A stretch of 32,641 nucleotides of DNA from the NCBI RefSeq assembly GCF_001194135.2, contig NC_068982.1:61752293-61784933 (forward strand), written 5' to 3'. The notes under the pieces are model-generated. The model ran no database searches. It saw only the letters and a program-made list of their open reading frames with translations, and was not told the origin of the DNA. Positions 1 through 10,860 of the stretch are shown piece after piece. The first letter of the stretch is position 1, and every line of letters starts with the position of its first letter. This stretch comes from Octopus bimaculoides. Its lineage: Eukaryota. The translations under genes and the position numbers were made by a program.

Positions 1-159
1 TCTCCATTTATTAAAAGATTTTATTAAATGTTCTTTATTTTTGTTTTTCAACTTTTGTCCTGTAGTCGAGATAATCATAAATATGTGGTTGTTGAAGGAA
101 ACAGTTGGGGGATGAGTAGCAGCTTGGTGAATAGATCATATTCTACAGGTCTATAAATA

Positions 160-1320
160 GATTCAGCAGATGGAGAAAGAAATGACAGAAAAATTTAACG
201 TAGAGCACTTGCGCAGACTGAGACTCATCCTAAAGTCGAAATTAAATGGATGGAATAAGACCGAAGCTATCAACACCTGGGCAGTTTCATTCCTCAGATA
301 TGAAGTAGGGGTAATTGCAGGACAGTAGACGAACTAAACAGCTTAGACAGAAAGACAAGGAAGTTGCTGACTAGATATGGGACACTCCACCCAAAAAGTG
401 ACACGGACAGACTGTATGTACCAAGAAAAAGAGGGGGAAGAAGACTTATTGGATGTGAACACAGCATTAGAGCAGAAGAAAACAACATAGCATGGAATGT
501 AAAAATTGCCACAGAACAGCGATTATTAGAAGTAAGTAGGTCAGGCCTGTGTAGCATGAANNNNNNNNNNTGGCTGTGGATGACTAAAAGTGATTTAAAA
601 CTGGAAACAGAGGCTCTAATCTGTGCTGCCTAAGAACAAGCACTAAGAACAAACTACATAAAATACAGAATAGACAACACATCAGAAAGTGATAAGTGCA
701 GAATCTGTGGACAAAATATTGAAACCGTATGGCATATTACCAACCAATGTATGCCACTAGCCCAGAAGGAATATAAGAGCCACCCCGACAATATAGCAAG
801 GCTTGTCCATTGGATACTTTGCAACAAGTATGGTCTTAACAGAGCAAAAAATTGGTATAACCACAAACCTGAATGCATCATCGAAAAGGACAATGCAAAG
901 ATCCTGTGGGATTTTATGATTCAGTGTGACCATGAGATAGAGAAAAGGAAGCCAAACATAGTCTTAATTGAGAAAGAAAGCAAACTAAATATAGCATGCC
1001 CAGCTGACAACGAGTTATGGGATAAGGAAGAAAGAAAAGTTGATAGGTATGGCAGGTTAGCTTGGGAGGTTAAGCAGTTGTGGTCGATGGAATAGCTGAT
1101 AGTAGTACCAATAATTGTCGGAGCCCAGGAGACAGTGAGTAAAAATGTTGAGAAGTACATAGAATAAATAGGGGCTGCAATAAGGGTGGAGCACTTGCAA
1201 AAAACAGCACTGCTTGGAACCGCTTGGATACTCTGGAAGGCGCTCGAAAAATAAGAGGTGTTATCTTAGTTCACAGCTGACACCATAGTACATCTCCAGC
1301 GTTAGAAGCTGTGCAAAGGC
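160..1320 (+). mobile_element. 5'-truncated, decayed RLE-type non-LTR retrotransposon (R4/Dong-like): RT C-terminus, CCHC knuckle, restriction-like endonuclease, 3' UTR
   Basis: Joined translation from 170 gives LRRLRLILKSKLNG..AINTWAV..LDRKTRKLLT..DRLYVPRKRGGRRL, then KCRICG..ETVWHITNQC (CCHC), then ILWDFMIQCDHEIEKRKPNIVLIEK..IACPAD..EERKVDRY..VVPIIVGA..LQKTALLGTA. Stop at 1252-1254. There is a frameshift near 320 and several in-frame stops. It ends in (AAT)n. Confidence 0.9.
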
Positions 1321-1371
1321 AATAATAATAATACTAATGATAATAATAATAATAATAATAATAATGATAAT
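1321..1371. repeat. (AAT)n microsatellite, shared tail between the LINE (+) and a SINE (-)
   Basis: Imperfect AAT run directly visible between the two elements. Confidence 0.9.
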
Positions 1372-1554
1372 CCTTTCTACTGTAAGCACAAGACTTGAAA
1401 TTCGGGGGAGGGAGATAGTTGATTACATCGACTCCAGTACTTGACTTGTACTTATTTTATTGACCCTGAAAGGATGTAAGGCAAAATCAACCTAGGCAAA
1501 ATTTGAACTCAGAATGCAAAGATGGACCGCTCAGCATTTCGCCTGGCGTGCTAC
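1372..1554 (-). mobile_element. tRNA-derived SINE, in-window family A
   Basis: Reverse complement aligns by eye with 18558-18762 (..tgccaggcaaaatgc..ttctgagttcaaat..gcctttcatcctttcaggg..ataaaataagtac). It has a B-box-like GAGTTCAAAT. Confidence 0.8.
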
Positions 1555-1557
1555 CCT

Positions 1558-1588
<31 letters not shown>

Positions 1589-1657
1589 GCAGCAGCAGCA
1601 GCAGCAGCAGCAACAACCACCACCACCACCACCACGACGGCGGCGGCGACGGCGACC
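1558..1657. repeat. Compound trinucleotide microsatellite (AAC)n(AGC)n(CAC)n(GGC/GAC)n
   Basis: Directly visible. Confidence 0.9.
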
Positions 1658-2395
1658 GTGCTATAACATTTTAAACAAATGAATTTGCAATTTGCTTGAC
1701 TTATCTTTCAAATAATCTAATTTTTTTAATGAACCCTTTAGTGTAAATGACTGATACAGTCCATGTATGCGTCACTTTTAAGGATGTTGTAAGGTGTATA
1801 AATAGGCTTATTACTTTTACAAAAATTCTCCTGCTGGTAGTTTATTTATAATTGTGTAGAAATAAAGATAAATTTCCAGGAGATTCCACCACCTACATAT
1901 GACCAGTGACATCTAGTAGTAAACAGTAGCAGAAATAACAACTTGTAGTCGACAAAGATAATGGACAGGTAGTCAAACTGAAAATAAAACGATTGGGGAA
2001 AATGCCAGCAGAAGTGAAAGCTAATAAATTACTGATAGAAAGTCCCCCGGAGGGAGTGAAGACACTTATTATATTCCAAGATCATCTTTAGTTAATCTTT
2101 AGCTATGTATAAAGGTATATACAATCATTTCATTTAGTAATTGATATTTATAATTGCCGTGAAATAAACACAAGCTGTTATTAATATTCCAACCAATAAT
2201 ATCAATCCAGCATCTATCTTCTTGAAATTACCATAACAATATATCTAATTAGTCTATATATCATCTAATGGATTTATTGTTATGTTATTAGACTAATTTA
2301 TTTCCAGTAATGTCATTCTGAGGATGTGTGTAATCTAGAAACACCAAAATTATGTATAGAAATGTAGGTTTTGATCTTTGTTGTACTTTGAGAGG

Positions 2396-2632
2396 GTCAA
2401 GCGATGGTGGGGGAACAAACACAGATACAAACACACAAATATATATATGTATACACACACACACACATACGATGGGCTTCTTTCAGTTTCGTCTACCAAA
2501 TCCACTTACAAGTCTTTGGTCAACCTGAAGCTACAGTAGAAGACTCTTGCTTAAGGTACCACACAGTGGGACTGAACCTGAAACCATGTGGTTGTGAAGC
2601 AAGCTTCTTACCACACAGCCACGCCTGCACCT
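2396..2632 (-). mobile_element. tRNA-derived SINE family B, 5' half
   Basis: Reverse complement matches 6783-6990 and 12545-12740 (gtggatttggtagac..aaactgaaagaagccc). The head has a B-box-like GGTTCAGTCC. Confidence 0.85.
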
Positions 2633-3869
2633 ATACATGTTTTTACTTTAAAATCAAGTCTGGTTGTAAACTGAAATGGCTTATACAACATGGAAACCTA
2701 AAAGCAAGAAATCTGGTTGGACCCTAACTCACACCTCTTGGTTAACACTTTGATGCATTGACCACTATGCTACATGTATGTTTACTTAGATGATTCCGTA
2801 TATTACTTGAATGTACATCAGTCATTAAGATCATATTTTTCATACTTGCACACATGTGTCATCCTCTCAAAGCTTTGTTTACTTTCATTAATCACAAAGA
2901 TTTGATGGATTGGATTTGCTTTCTTATTCTTTGACCCAAAAGTGGTAATCTTTCATCAAATTGATTGCTGTTGTCTGAAGAAGATATAAATAGCTTCCTT
3001 TTCGATCTATAAATTTAAACTGCATCAAATAATTTTGTTATATTTGGAGGAAAAATTGGAGAAAGAGTACAGCAGAGTTTATTTCTAAGAAGATGATAGC
3101 TTATGGTATCACTACTCAGAGTTTCTTGCTATCTGCAATTGTTTAGACAATAACAAGATGCTGCCTGAGCAATCGAGTAAAGGTACAAACATAGCTGTAT
3201 GATTAAGGAGTTTCTTTTGAAACCACATGGTTTCTGTTTGATTCCACTGCACAGAATCTTGAGAAATGTCTTTTACCTTTTACTGTAGCTACNNNNNNNN
3301 NNNNNNNNNNNNNNNNNNNNNNNNNNNNNNNNNNNNNNNNNNNNNNNNNNNNNNNNNNNNNNNNNNNNNNNNNNNNNNNNNNNNNNNNNNNNNNNNNNNN
3401 NNNNNNNNNNNNNNNNNNNNNNNNNNNNNNNNNNNNNNNNNNNNNNNNNNNNNNNNNNNNNNNNNNNNNNNNNNNNNNNNNNNNNNNNNNNNNNNNNNNN
3501 NNNNNNNNNNNNNNNNNNNNNNNNNNNNNNNNNNNNNNNNNNNNNNNNNNNNNNNNNNNNNNNNNNNNNNNNNNNNNNNNNNNNNNNNNNNNNNNNNNNN
3601 NNNNNNNNNNNNNNNNNNNNNNNNNNNNNNNNNNNNNNNNNNNNNNNNNNNNNNNNNNNNNNNNNNNNNNNNNNNNNNNNNNNNNNNNNNNNNNNNNNNN
3701 NNNNNNNNNNNNNNNNNNNNNNNNNNNNNNNNNNNNNNNNNNNNNNNNNNNNNNNNNNNNNNNNNNNNNNNNTGTGTGTGTGTGTGTGTGTGTGTGTGTG
3801 TTGTCCAAAATTCCATGAGTCAGAAAAGAACTTGCATTCATATATTAGGTAAAAGACTGGGTATATGGT

Positions 3870-3902
<33 letters not shown>

Positions 3903-4094
3903 ATACAATAGCCAAATGTGTGTGTATGTTTGTGTCTCTTTTTTTTTCTTTCATAATGAGCTGCTTGTAAGGAAACATGACTGTCATGCAAAAGCAGTAT
4001 TGTTCATTTGCAGTGTTCCATGAAATCATGGTCCAGCTATTGTGCTGTTCATTTCTGAAGGACATGAGAAAATATTACTTCACTTTGAAACAGG

Positions 4095-4195
4095 TAAGGG
4101 CTGGTGATAGGAAGAACATCCAGCTATAGAAATTCTGTTTCAGTGAATCTCATCTGACATATACAAGCATAAAAAAGTGAACATTAAAATGGCAA
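4095..4195 (+). mobile_element. Family C repeat, decayed 3' tail fragment
   Basis: aggaagaacatccagctatagaaattctg resembles aggaagggcatttagctgtagaaactctg at 16243-16270. Confidence 0.55.
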
Positions 4196-4362
4196 TATAC
4201 ATATTCCTTCGTTTCATAGGGTTTGCATAGTGGGGACACATTGTTCATTATCCTAAGTCTGCTATCAGTATGTTAATTTTCATGTTGTGTGACAAAGCTG
4301 AGTTCTTGTGAACAATATTTTCGACGGATAAGTACATAGGTTATATGAACAGACAAGTACAC

Positions 4363-4822
4363 ATGCACACACACACACACACACACACACAAACAAATGA
4401 AGACTGAATCACATGACCATATACACACACACTTCACTTCAAGCAAGGACACACATGGAGACACATGTCCACACATATGGAGATACACATCCATACATAC
4501 AGACACAATACATAGTCACAAAAGCCCATACACACAGACACAGACACACACAGACACACACACAAGGAGACAGAGGTGCATACACACACACACATGCAAA
4601 CACACACACATAAAACCACACAAACACATGAATATGCAGAATACATACATTCAAACGTACACACATACATACATATATACATACACACACACACATACAT
4701 ACATGCATGCATATACACACTTACATGCATGCATACATACACTTACATGCATGCATACATACATACATACATACATACATGCATATGTATGTGCACTCAC
4801 ACTAACCCACACACATGCACAA
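4363..4822. repeat. Degenerate CA/TACA-rich low-complexity tract
   Basis: Directly visible; source of the spurious His/Thr- and Cys/Val-rich ORFs. Confidence 0.9.
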
Positions 4823-5039
4823 AAGCAAACAAAAAAAAAAGCGCAGCTTGGCAGAGTCAACCACTGAAAAGGTTGCCAGACACAATGAACATTTTGCAAA
4901 AATAAATAAGTAAATGAGTGGAAATTTTACCAGTGAGTGTGTTAAATTGTAAGGCACTAAAAGAGAATGGCTCTCCCCAGACACAATATATATATATATA
5001 TATATTTAATTTATATATATATATATATATATATTTCTT

Positions 5040-5098
5040 TTTTCTTTTACTTGTTTCAGTTATTAGACTGTGGCCATGCTAGGACACTGCCTTGAAGA
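5040..5098 (-). mobile_element. SINE family B, 3' terminal fragment
   Basis: ttttacttgtttcagt..gactgtggccatgct is the reverse complement of the family B end (agcatggc..gtc..gactgaaacaagtaaaag at about 18139-18172). Confidence 0.75.
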
Positions 5099-5254
5099 AT
5101 TTCTCTTTGTCATTTGAAGAAGATTTGGCTACCAATTCCTGCACAAAATGGCTCCTCCCTTGTTTGCATATGGTGGTGTTCATAAAGAGTGTAGGTAACA
5201 GTATAGCTTTGTTGCCTCAAAAAAGGTGTGAAAGCTGGTTTGTAGTGGTTATGA

Positions 5255-5437
5255 TAGTTGTGGTAACATAAGAGTTGTACCATTGGTCTCAGCTAATTTA
5301 TCATACCTATAATTAATGAAATTACAGCTGTGACATCTTGCCTTTTCTTTCAGGCATAGTTTATTTACGACAATATTACCTAATGTATCCTTTATTTTTA
5401 AGGAAGATTTGACTGCTATTTCTAGTAAGTTGTGCAA
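5255..5437 (-). repeat. Dispersed repeat family D, class unknown
   Basis: Reverse complement of 5401-5422 (gaaatagcagtcaaatcttcct) matches 23753-23774 at 20/22 positions, with weaker flanking similarity. Boundaries are approximate. Confidence 0.5.
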
Positions 5438-5835
5438 CTAATAGTGGCTTCCTCATTTACTTGTTTTCATGCATGTTTATATATAAGGAACCATGATAGA
5501 TTTGCACATTTTTCTGTTTCACAAATTAAATTCGATAGAAGTGAAATGGAAACTTTACCAAAATATGTATTACAGAAACAAGTGAAAGTCAAAGAATGAT
5601 CATAAATCTTTTCTTATAAATATTTATGAATATTCATAAGCTTGTCAGTGGGGACGGCAGTGTTTTGACCTTTTCAGGTCCTCCTAGACTGGTGAGATTG
5701 ATGAAGCTGAAATCCATCCAAAACATCAGCAGTAAAAAATTTAGGTGGCAGAGAGAGAAATGGGTTTGGTCCAAATTATTGTAATAGTTTGAACCCTGCT
5801 AATAGCACTAAATGAACTGGTAATGGTGCTGTCCC

Positions 5836-5965
5836 AATTTGCCTTTAATTCTTTAGGGGTTAATAGAATAAAATACCAGTCTGTGGTTGGGGATTGGTGG
5901 ATTTGTTAGAGTTTGGGGCAAATACATTGTGGTATTTTGCCTGACTCTTTGTGTTCTGAGTTCTT
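5836..5965 (+). mobile_element. Decayed SINE family A fragments
   Basis: tttgcctttaattctttaggggttaatagaataaaataccagt and tttgtgttctgagttc resemble the middle and head of 18558-18762. Confidence 0.5.
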
Positions 5966-6469
5966 GGGTGGAAGACTTAATTTAATCTTAAATTTATTTT
6001 GCAAGAATTTTAATCTGAAACAATAGTGTTGAAACCAATATTGTTAAATTTCAGAAGAATCATAACTATAAAGTCTGTATAGATTTTTGTTAGTTATAAC
6101 TCTTCCACCCTGTTTAATGCCATACCTGGTTCGTATGTAATTTTAGCAGAGTACACTTTCTTACAAGCATTGAAGCCAGGTTTCTGCCTGAGTCTACATT
6201 CTTTCATTTCTCTGCTAATATTGGAAGCTCTGGAAAAAAAAAAAAAATTATGGGCGTTGTTCTCCTTATCTTGACTAAATGGTTAAAAATCTACATAACA
6301 AGTAGACAGAAAACTAAATAAAATTTCGAGTTTGTTAGAAATGTAAAGGAACAAATTATAGATATTACCAAAGGAATAATTTTGATTGAACTGTTTGTCG
6401 CATTACAATATTTCATACTCTATAGTAATAACCACACATATCTGGTTATTATTAAACAACCATTTCCTT

Positions 6470-6660
6470 CAACTGATAACTAATCACACTACAAAATCTA
6501 TCTGTTAGCCAGTCTCTGTACAGTATCTTTACATTAATCTTCCTTAACTATTGACAATAAACTACTCTCTTAATTTCTCTTAACCAATCACACTACAGCA
6601 TAGCTCTCTTAACCAATCACAGAACACCTCTTCCTGAACCAATCACTTCACAACATCTTT
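6470..6660 (+). repeat. Degenerate ~26-29 bp minisatellite containing three AACCAATCAC motifs
   Basis: CCAATCA at 6584, 6613 and 6639; decayed units such as aactaatcacactac upstream. Confidence 0.65.
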
Positions 6661-6782
6661 TTTTTTAATCTCATATAACTAACTATCTACATTACATCAT
6701 TACATCTGGTTTTCAATCGCTTATCATATGTGGGTATGTGTCTGTGTAAACATGCACACACACACACGCATGTACATATATT

Positions 6783-7154
6783 GGTGCAGGCATGACTGTG
6801 TGCTTCCCAACCACACAGTTCCAGGTTCAGTCCTACTGCATGGCATCTTGAGTAACTGTCTTCTTCTATAACCTCTGGCCAATCAAAGCCTTGTGAGTGG
6901 ATTTGGTAAAAGGAAACTGAAAGAAGCCCATTGTATGTATATATGTGTATATGTCTTTGTCCCCCACCACTGCCTGACAACCGTTGTTGGTGTGTTTATG
7001 TCCCTGTAACTTAGTGGTTTGGCAAAAGACCCTAATAGAATAAGTACTAGGCTTTAAAGAATAAATCCTGGGTTGAATTGTTCGACTAAAACCCTTCAAG
7101 ACAATGTCCTAGCATGACTGCAGTCAAATGAATGAAACAAGAAAAAGATAAAAG
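6783..7154 (+). mobile_element. Near full-length tRNA-derived SINE family B
   Basis: Head ggtgcaggcatgactgtgtg..ggttcagtcc (B-box-like), central gtggatttggta..aactgaaagaagccc, a TA/TG spacer, and a 3' part matching 10218-10452 and 17950-18184. It runs into a gap. Confidence 0.88.
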
Positions 7155-7654
7155 NNNNNNNNNNNNNNNNNNNNNNNNNNNNNNNNNNNNNNNNNNNNNN
7201 NNNNNNNNNNNNNNNNNNNNNNNNNNNNNNNNNNNNNNNNNNNNNNNNNNNNNNNNNNNNNNNNNNNNNNNNNNNNNNNNNNNNNNNNNNNNNNNNNNNN
7301 NNNNNNNNNNNNNNNNNNNNNNNNNNNNNNNNNNNNNNNNNNNNNNNNNNNNNNNNNNNNNNNNNNNNNNNNNNNNNNNNNNNNNNNNNNNNNNNNNNNN
7401 NNNNNNNNNNNNNNNNNNNNNNNNNNNNNNNNNNNNNNNNNNNNNNNNNNNNNNNNNNNNNNNNNNNNNNNNNNNNNNNNNNNNNNNNNNNNNNNNNNNN
7501 NNNNNNNNNNNNNNNNNNNNNNNNNNNNNNNNNNNNNNNNNNNNNNNNNNNNNNNNNNNNNNNNNNNNNNNNNNNNNNNNNNNNNNNNNNNNNNNNNNNN
7601 NNNNNNNNNNNNNNNNNNNNNNNNNNNNNNNNNNNNNNNNNNNNNNNNNNNNNN

Positions 7655-7688
<34 letters not shown>

Positions 7689-7789
7689 CTCTATATGACT
7701 TCGCATTGATTCTGTTTGGGCAGCAATGATGTTTGCTTATGTCCTATATGAAGGCAGTGCCCTGCATTTCAGTGGTTTCATCTGTGAAG

Positions 7790-7915
7790 ACTAGCAAAAT
7801 GAAACATCCCACATGAAAGCAAGTATGGGTTGACTTTAGGAAGGGCATCTAGCTGAAGAATAGTGCTTCAAGAAATCTAATCCCATACTTCCATACCAGC
7901 ATCAAAGAGTGTACT
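7790..7915 (+). mobile_element. Family C repeat, decayed 3' fragment
   Basis: ttaggaagggcatctagctgaagaa matches the family C core at 16241-16265. Confidence 0.55.
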
Positions 7916-7962
7916 TAAAATTATAATATAATATTATGATATGTATGTATGCAGGGCACAGT

Positions 7963-8114
7963 CACTAGCATATCTGGGAGGGGGTGTAGGGGTGGAACTT
8001 TTAAAGGGGCAGTACTTTTGGGTTTGCTTAAGGCAAAATGAGGTGTTTTGTGGGGTCTGGGGGCAGCAAATGGAAGGGCCGCCCCACGCGGCACACACTC
8101 TAGCAACGCTAGTG
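7963..8114. mobile_element. Putative GC-rich MITE (152 bp) with imperfect ~15-bp TIRs
   Basis: Left end CACTAGCatatctgg; right end reverse complement CACTAGCgttgctag. GC-rich island in AT-rich DNA. No clear TSD. Confidence 0.45.
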
Positions 8115-8354
8115 GGTGCACTGAATAAATTGTCGTCTAAGTTACACAAAAATGAAAATAACACTGACATCTCATTTTAGCAGGTATATTTACCAAAATT
8201 ACATAAAAATATCTTGAAATACTAAAGAGGAAATTTATTCAATAAAAATACCAATTTAATTGTTTGATGTACATACTGAAATGAATACATACAATCATAA
8301 ACATGGAAGAAATAGAAATAAACAAATAAAAAGTGCTCAAAAATATAGGTGAGC

Positions 8355-9080
8355 TGGTTAATAGGGGATATAGAGTGTTTGTTTGAAATAATTTGGAAAA
8401 GACACTGGTTCATGGAACATGTTAATTTCTGGATCTCTTCTGATGTTAAACTACAGGGTACATCCACTATTTCCTTCCACAGTTCATCCTTGCTCCTAAA
8501 TTGGCATCCATTTTCGTAAACTTGTCATTTTAGTATATTCCACAAGTTTTCTATTTGGTTTAAATCGGGGGAACAGGTAGGCCACTTCCTCTTCCAGGGT
8601 CCACAGAAGCCTAATTGTTGCAGATACTCTGTAATTTTTTTTTTTTGCTGAGTGCAAGGCTGCATTATCTTGCATGAATATTATGGTTGTCTTGAAGGTG
8701 ATCCTTTACTTTTCTAATTAAGGTTCAAGGTGCTTTCTCAGAAAGGCTATGTAAGCATCTGCAGTCATTTTAACACTGCCAGGCACTTTCCATGGACCAA
8801 CCATAATGCCTACAATAATACCTACCCAAAACATGATGTCACCTCCCCCTTGTAGGTGTCTCAAGTGTTGATGATGATCTCATCCATTTACAACCCATCC
8901 GTTGCTCCAATCTTCAGGTCCATCAAGGGTAGCATGAATTTTGTCTGTAAACTTTTGAAAAGTTGATCTTCATGTTATCTTCTGTTCATTTCAAATGATT
9001 TTGTATGTGTATTTTGTTTAAACGAGGCCTTTTAACTGATGTCACTACTGAGCAACTTAACATAACATGTTTCATCAATG
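8355..9080 (-). pseudogene. Decayed Tc1-superfamily transposase, DD37E/TRT-like
   Basis: Minus-strand translation gives TDKIHATLDGPEDWSNGW..QGGGDIMFWVGII..VGPWKVP..KMTADAYIAFL..IFMQDNAALHSAKK..WPTCSPDLNQIENLWNILK..FRSKDELW. Multiple stops and frameshifts. About 37 residues separate the second D and the E if a poly-A slip is corrected. Confidence 0.88.
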
Positions 9081-9348
9081 TGAAATCCTGGTATGTTTTA
9101 CCCTTAATTTGCCAAATTGTGACCTTCAACCAGGTGCCAGAATATCAAAATATCTACCCAAGTCTTCCAGATAAGCTAAATTAGAGGTCAAAAAGGAATC
9201 CCTGACTAAACTTAAGACATTTGCCCATGCCATTGCATGTCCACTTTTTTGAAGAAAGCCAAACTCTTTACAAAAGTTCAACGTTATTTCAAACGTTTAT
9301 ACATTTATATCATTTATTCACATTTCAATGCTTCAAACAAATTACAAT

Positions 9349-9385
<37 letters not shown>

Positions 9386-10217
9386 TATATTTATTTGTGT
9401 GTGTGTGTGTGTGTNNNNNNNNNNNNNNNNNNNNNNNNNNNNNNNNNNNNNNNNNNNNNNNNNNNNNNNNNNNNNNNNNNNNNNNNNNNNNNNNNNNNNN
9501 NNNNNNNNNNNNNNNNNNNNNNNNNNNNNNNNNNNNNNNNNNNNNNNNNNNNNNNNNNNNNNNNNNNNNNNNNNNNNNNNNNNNNNNNNNNNNNNNNNNN
9601 NNNNNNNNNNNNNNNNNNNNNNNNNNNNNNNNNNNNNNNNNNNNNNNNNNNNNNNNNNNNNNNNNNNNNNNNNNNNNNNNNNNNNNNNNNNNNNNNNNNN
9701 NNNNNNNNNNNNNNNNNNNNNNNNNNNNNNNNNNNNNNNNNNNNNNNNNNNNNNNNNNNNNNNNNNNNNNNNNNNNNNNNNNNNNNNNNNNNNNNNNNNN
9801 NNNNNNNNNNNNNNNNNNNNNNNNNNNNNNNNNNNNNNNNNNNNNNNNNNNNNNNNNNNNNNNNNNNNNNNNNNNNNNNNNNNNNNNNNNNNNNNNNNNN
9901 NNNNNNNNNNNNNNNNNNNNNNNNNNNNNNNNNNNNNNNNNNNNNNNNNNNNNNNNNNNNNNNNNNNNNNNNNNNNNNNNNNNNNNNNNNNNNNNNNNNN
10001 NNNNNNNNNNNNNNNNNNNNNNNNNNNNNNNNNNNNNNNNNNNNNNNNNNNNNNNNNNNNNNNNNNNNNNNNNNNNNNNNNNNNNNNNNNNNNNNNNNNN
10101 NNNNNNNNNNNNNNNNNNNNNNNNNNNNNNNNNNNNNNNNNNNNNNNNNNNNNNNNNNNNNNNNNNNNNNNNNNNNNNNNNNNNNNNNNNNNNNNNNNNN
10201 NNNNNNNNNNNNNNNNN

Positions 10218-10452
10218 ATATATAAGTGTGTGTTTTGTGTCTGTGTTTTTCCCCACCACCATTGCTTGACAATCAATGTTGGTGTGTTTACATCTCTGTA
10301 ACTTAGCAGTTTGGCATAAGACACTGATAAAATAAGTACTAGGCTTACAAAGAATAAGTCCTGGGGTTGATTTGTTCAGCTAAAACCCTTTAAGGTGGTG
10401 TTCCAGCATGGCTGCAGTCAAATGATTGAAACAAGTAAAAGAATAAAAGAAT
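10218..10452 (+). mobile_element. SINE family B, 3' half; head probably in the gap
   Basis: Matches 17950-18184 (gcttgacaa..gtaacttagc..ataagtactaggctt..aaagaataagtcctggggttgatttg..gaaacaagtaaaaga). Confidence 0.88.
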
Positions 10453-10499
10453 ATGATTCAGTTATATTAAATCTCCTCATCAAAGTGTTGTCTTGACCA

Positions 10500-10860
10500 C
10501 TTATCATGCTTTTCTGTATTTATAGACTAAATCAAAAAATATATATGGCACTCCATCACTGCCTTCCTGTCATATCAAATACTTCCACCTACTTCTATAT
10601 ACAAATAGAGAGTATCCATGTTTTTCTCTACTGTCTTAGTTTGAATGAGTCTGCCATACTTGCATACTATGAAACACTTAGGGTTTTTTTAGTACCTTCT
10701 CTGGTTGGATTCAGCAACCTGGTATCTAACCTCACCATTTCTTCCAATATCTTTTTCACCTTTTCATCCACAGTATGTGCAATACAGGCCCAGAGTGTAT
10801 CACAACGCCACATACTTTAAACCACATTATACAAGAATGCACAGCAGGTTTTCAACAAGA
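10500..10860 (-). pseudogene. Possible highly decayed RTE reverse-transcriptase fragment
   Basis: Minus frame gives KKILEEMVRLD..PTREGT..DSFKLRQ..EVFD..R..WSA, loosely resembling RTE RT motifs (EMVRIDE..PGRGT..IVRQL..EKAFD). Weak. Confidence 0.3.

Noticed and set aside
1872-1906. Possible terminal exon tttccag|GAG.. encoding EIPPPTYDQ* (PPxY motif)
   Set aside because: Weak polypyrimidine tract, only 9 codons, and no partner exon in the window.
5624-5639. Perfect 16-bp palindrome ttatgaatattcataa
   Set aside because: All but two bases are A/T; expected by chance in AT-rich DNA of this length.
5690-5720. ttgatgaagctgaaatcc hammerhead-like words
   Set aside because: No stem II between the cores and no stem I or III pairing.
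6783-6850. tRNA gene calls for the SINE heads
   Set aside because: Only degenerate A/B boxes are present, there is no complete cloverleaf, and each head continues into a multi-copy SINE body.
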